Below are positions 61,679 to 64,000 of a stretch of 64,000 nucleotides of DNA, piece after piece. The position numbers and the translations under genes are program-made. Positions within the stretch are counted from its first letter, which is position 1. Every line of letters starts with the position of its first letter. This DNA comes from an uncultured Aliarcobacter sp. (GTDB taxonomy: Bacteria > Campylobacterota > Campylobacteria > Campylobacterales > Arcobacteraceae): contig CAXXLV010000002.1 of assembly GCA_963664305.2 (NCBI GenBank), forward strand, positions 832,001 through 896,000. The letters are read 5' to 3'. The notes below the pieces were generated by a model. That model searched no databases. It had not been told where the DNA came from and worked only from the letters and a program-made list of their open reading frames with translations.

Positions 61679-61798
61679 AGATTAATCCTTGCATATTTTC
61701 AATAGTAAATAAGGACATACTGACTATAATGCAGTTGTCCAACACATTGGATAAGTCCACTTTTAAAAAAAGTTTTGGCGAACGATTAAAGGTGGACA

Positions 61799-62035
61799 CT
61801 AACTAACTTTAATTTGATTAGAATTCAAAAATTCGACTAGTTTTGTTTTCAAATAAAGCACTCTATTTTTTTCACCTTTGCCTACCTTGAGATATTCCAA
61901 AGCAACTTTTTGAGCTCTCCAATTTGACAATGTTGAACACGATAAACCTAAAAGACTTGCAACTTGTGATTGATTTAACACAGCTTGTTTTCTTTGCTCT
62001 GGTGGCAACATTGAATTTAATTCTTCTAATGTCAT
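61799..62035 (-). CDS. excisionase / AlpA-like HTH protein
   Basis: LNQSQVASLLGLSCSTLSNWR...YLKVG...RVLY. Confidence 0.8.
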   Translation of the reverse strand: MTLEELNSMLPPEQRKQAVLNQSQVASLLGLSCSTLSNWRAQKVALEYLKVGKGEKNRVLYLKTKLVEFLNSNQIKVS

Positions 62036-62197
62036 TTTTACTCCTCTATTTTTACTTATATAGTAATTTTAATATTTTAAAATACTATTTTTTTATTATA
62101 ATAGTATATATTGTATTTGTCAAGTTTTTTTACTATAATAGTAATTAAAATTAAATATATTAATTAATAATTTCAATATTAGTAAACGAGGAATTTA

Positions 62198-62767
62198 ATG
62201 AGAAAAGAAGTTACGGAACTAATGGGATTTGGTTCACAGAATACATATTATTCATGGAAAAAAGAAAATAGACCTATTATAAATCTTATTAATGAATATT
62301 TTTCAGAAGAAGATATAAGAGAATATTTAGAAACAGGACAAATTACAAAATTTAAAACAAATAATTTGTATCATAAATCTATAGAGAGAAAATTTAATAT
62401 ATTACTAGAAGAGATTGAAGAGACTTTAGATTTTGAAGGAATTCACTTATTATTTAATTTTTTAGATAAATATAAACTAGATTTACTAAATAACATTAAT
62501 TCCTTCAATCCATTATTGAATTTAGGTAGAGTACCTAGATATAATGTTTTTTTACTTAAAAAATTAATGGAATACAAAGAAGAAAAAAATATAAAAGAAT
62601 TAGATTTAGAAGAAGACTTTGCACAATTCTCAATATATCTTATAGAAATACCTTATGATTTAAAACTATTTATTTATCAATCATTTTATACTGACTTTAA
62701 ATATATTAAATCAAAAGAATTAAAAATAATATATCAAGAATTCAAAAATAGTAATCTCTTTAAATAA
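62198..62767 (+). CDS. putative element repressor with N-terminal HTH
   Basis: VTELMGFGSQNTYYSWKKENRPII; divergent from excisionase-like gene. Confidence 0.6.
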   Translation: MRKEVTELMGFGSQNTYYSWKKENRPIINLINEYFSEEDIREYLETGQITKFKTNNLYHKSIERKFNILLEEIEETLDFEGIHLLFNFLDKYKLDLLNNINSFNPLLNLGRVPRYNVFLLKKLMEYKEEKNIKELDLEEDFAQFSIYLIEIPYDLKLFIYQSFYTDFKYIKSKELKIIYQEFKNSNLFK

Positions 62768-62878
62768 AAGAAAATGTTGGTATAAGTAAATTTATAAAAA
62801 TTGGTTTTATTTTATCTTTCTTTTTATAAAAACAACAAAATTTAATGAAGATATATTATTCCTCTTTGAATTTTACCA

Positions 62879-62899
62879 AAGGTGGGAAATAAGTGGGAA
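62879..62899 (+). repeat. putative integrase arm-binding site
   Basis: identical to 41271-41291, 50 bp inside the att repeat. Confidence 0.7.
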
Positions 62900-62950
62900 G
62901 TAGTAAATTTTAATAAAACTTAAAAAGCTTTAGAAAGCCCTTTAAATCAA

Positions 62951-63026
62951 TGGCGACCCCAGCAAGATTCGAACTTGCGTGTTCTGGAGGAAATCCAGAC
63001 GTCCTTGGCCTCTAGACGACAGGGTC
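62951..63026 (-). tRNA. tRNA-Glu (TTC) with atypical anticodon loop
   Basis: 76-nt cloverleaf: GACCCTG/TGGGGTC acceptor, GTCT/GGAC D stem, TCTGG-ATTTCCT-CCAGA anticodon arm, GCAAG-TTCGAAT-CTTGC T arm, encoded CCA. Confidence 0.85.
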
Positions 63027-63097
63027 AAAAAATAAGAGAGAGATTATAATTTAGTTTGAGTTTGTTTTTGCTTAAATAATATTATAAGATAATGATT

Positions 63098-63541
63098 TTA
63101 TCGTAATTTCTTAAATGTTTTTTTACCTAACTTTATAATCGTTGAAGCTGTAGTTTCATAAAAACCTCTTTTATCTTCAACTATAACTTCTGCACCACTT
63201 ATTGCAAATTCTCTGTCAAAATTTCTACCTGTTTTATTTGCAGATGTTGAATATAAAACACCAAATTTTGATATAAAACTATGAAAATCTGAACTTTTAT
63301 CTACAACACGAAATGACATACCATTTGGATAAATAAATGTTGTTTTTTTACTATTTCTAACTTTTTTTCTAAACTCTTTAGGAATTCTAGTATTTTTATT
63401 TAATGTTGAAAAAGAATCAACAGTATTGAGTATTTTTTTTGTAAGAGGTCTTTGCTTTAAAAGTGAAAGTTTCTCATCACTTGATGATGAGAAACCTACA
63501 GTTGTATCTGTTTGAACAAGATAAATTAAATCAGAGTTCAT
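63098..63541 (-). CDS. short Sua5/YrdC (TsaC)-family protein
   Basis: QTDTTVGF, LKQRP, YSTSANKTG, ASTII. Confidence 0.82.
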   Translation of the reverse strand: MNSDLIYLVQTDTTVGFSSSSDEKLSLLKQRPLTKKILNTVDSFSTLNKNTRIPKEFRKKVRNSKKTTFIYPNGMSFRVVDKSSDFHSFISKFGVLYSTSANKTGRNFDREFAISGAEVIVEDKRGFYETTASTIIKLGKKTFKKLR

Positions 63542-63543
63542 TA

Positions 63544-64000
63544 TTAATCGTTTAAAAACTCTTGAATTGATTTTGGAGTTGAAACATCGTTTGTTTTTAA
63601 AACTTTAATTGCTTCAACAGCAGCATTTGCAGCAGCTACAGTTGTAAAATATGGAACATTCATTCTTAATACAGATCTTCTAATCTCTTTACCATCATCT
63701 TTTGATGATTCTTTAGCTTCACTTGTATTAATAGCCATTGAAATATCCCCATTAGTAAGTAAATCAATAATGTTTGGTCTTCCTTCACTAACTTTTAATA
63801 CTTTTTCACAATCTACGCCTGATTCAGCAATAATTTTATAAGTTCCACCTGTTGCAACGATTGTAAATCCATTTTCAGTTAGACCTTTTGCAATACTTGG
63901 AGCAAACTCTTTATCTAAATCACATAATGAAATAAATACTTTTCCTTCTTTTGGAAGATTATTTTTAGCTGCACTTTGAGATTTAGCAAATGCCATACCA
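63544..64000 (-). CDS. carB: carbamoyl-phosphate synthase large subunit, C-terminal MGS domain (partial)
   Basis: AFAKSQ, ATGGT, KVSEGRPN, DGKEIRR, PYFTT. Confidence 0.93.
   Translation of the reverse strand, partial: GMAFAKSQSAAKNNLPKEGKVFISLCDLDKEFAPSIAKGLTENGFTIVATGGTYKIIAESGVDCEKVLKVSEGRPNIIDLLTNGDISMAINTSEAKESSKDDGKEIRRSVLRMNVPYFTTVAAANAAVEAIKVLKTNDVSTPKSIQEFLND

Larger units (their letters stand above)
41102..62996. mobile_element. integrative mobilizable element / defence island inserted in tRNA-Glu
   Basis: 47-bp direct repeats at both ends, integrase next to one end, relaxase, VirB5/VirB6-like, Rep and excisionase-like genes at the other. Confidence 0.92.

Overview
Very AT-rich window from an Arcobacteraceae (Campylobacterota) chromosome, judged from gene content such as a NavAb-like sodium channel and cbpA-hspR. 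1-41 kb is mostly core or accessory chromosome: a signalling trio, cbpA-hspR with a HAIR operator, a type I secretion (T1SS) locus with a TolC-SPOR fusion and no adjacent substrate, a ybhGFSR-like ABC exporter, a quinohemoprotein amine dehydrogenase operon (qhpADCB), porin/AraC, Nav channel, NhaD, tatA, motAB, an HD-GYP regulator and a second T1SS with a 1981-aa Calx-beta repeat adhesin. 41102-62996 is a ~21.9 kb integrative mobilizable element inserted in an atypical tRNA-Glu gene (47-bp direct repeats). It carries an integrase, excisionase-like HTH, Rep, VirB6/VirB5-like genes, a MOBV-like relaxase and a candidate oriT. Its cargo looks like a defence island: (i) a coupled four-gene operon of MazG-like pyrophosphatase, two DUF2075 nuclease-helicases and a phage GP88-like Cys-motif protein (best candidate for an undescribed system), driven by a near-copy of the neighbouring toxin-antitoxin promoter; (ii) a NACHT NTPase; (iii) a 4.56 kb IS256 element whose inverted repeats and 8-bp target duplication enclose passenger genes, including Asn-rich micropeptides, an orphan HicA and attC-like sites. 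The window ends with a tsaC-like gene and the 3' end of carB. All family calls come from motif recognition by eye; no database search was run.
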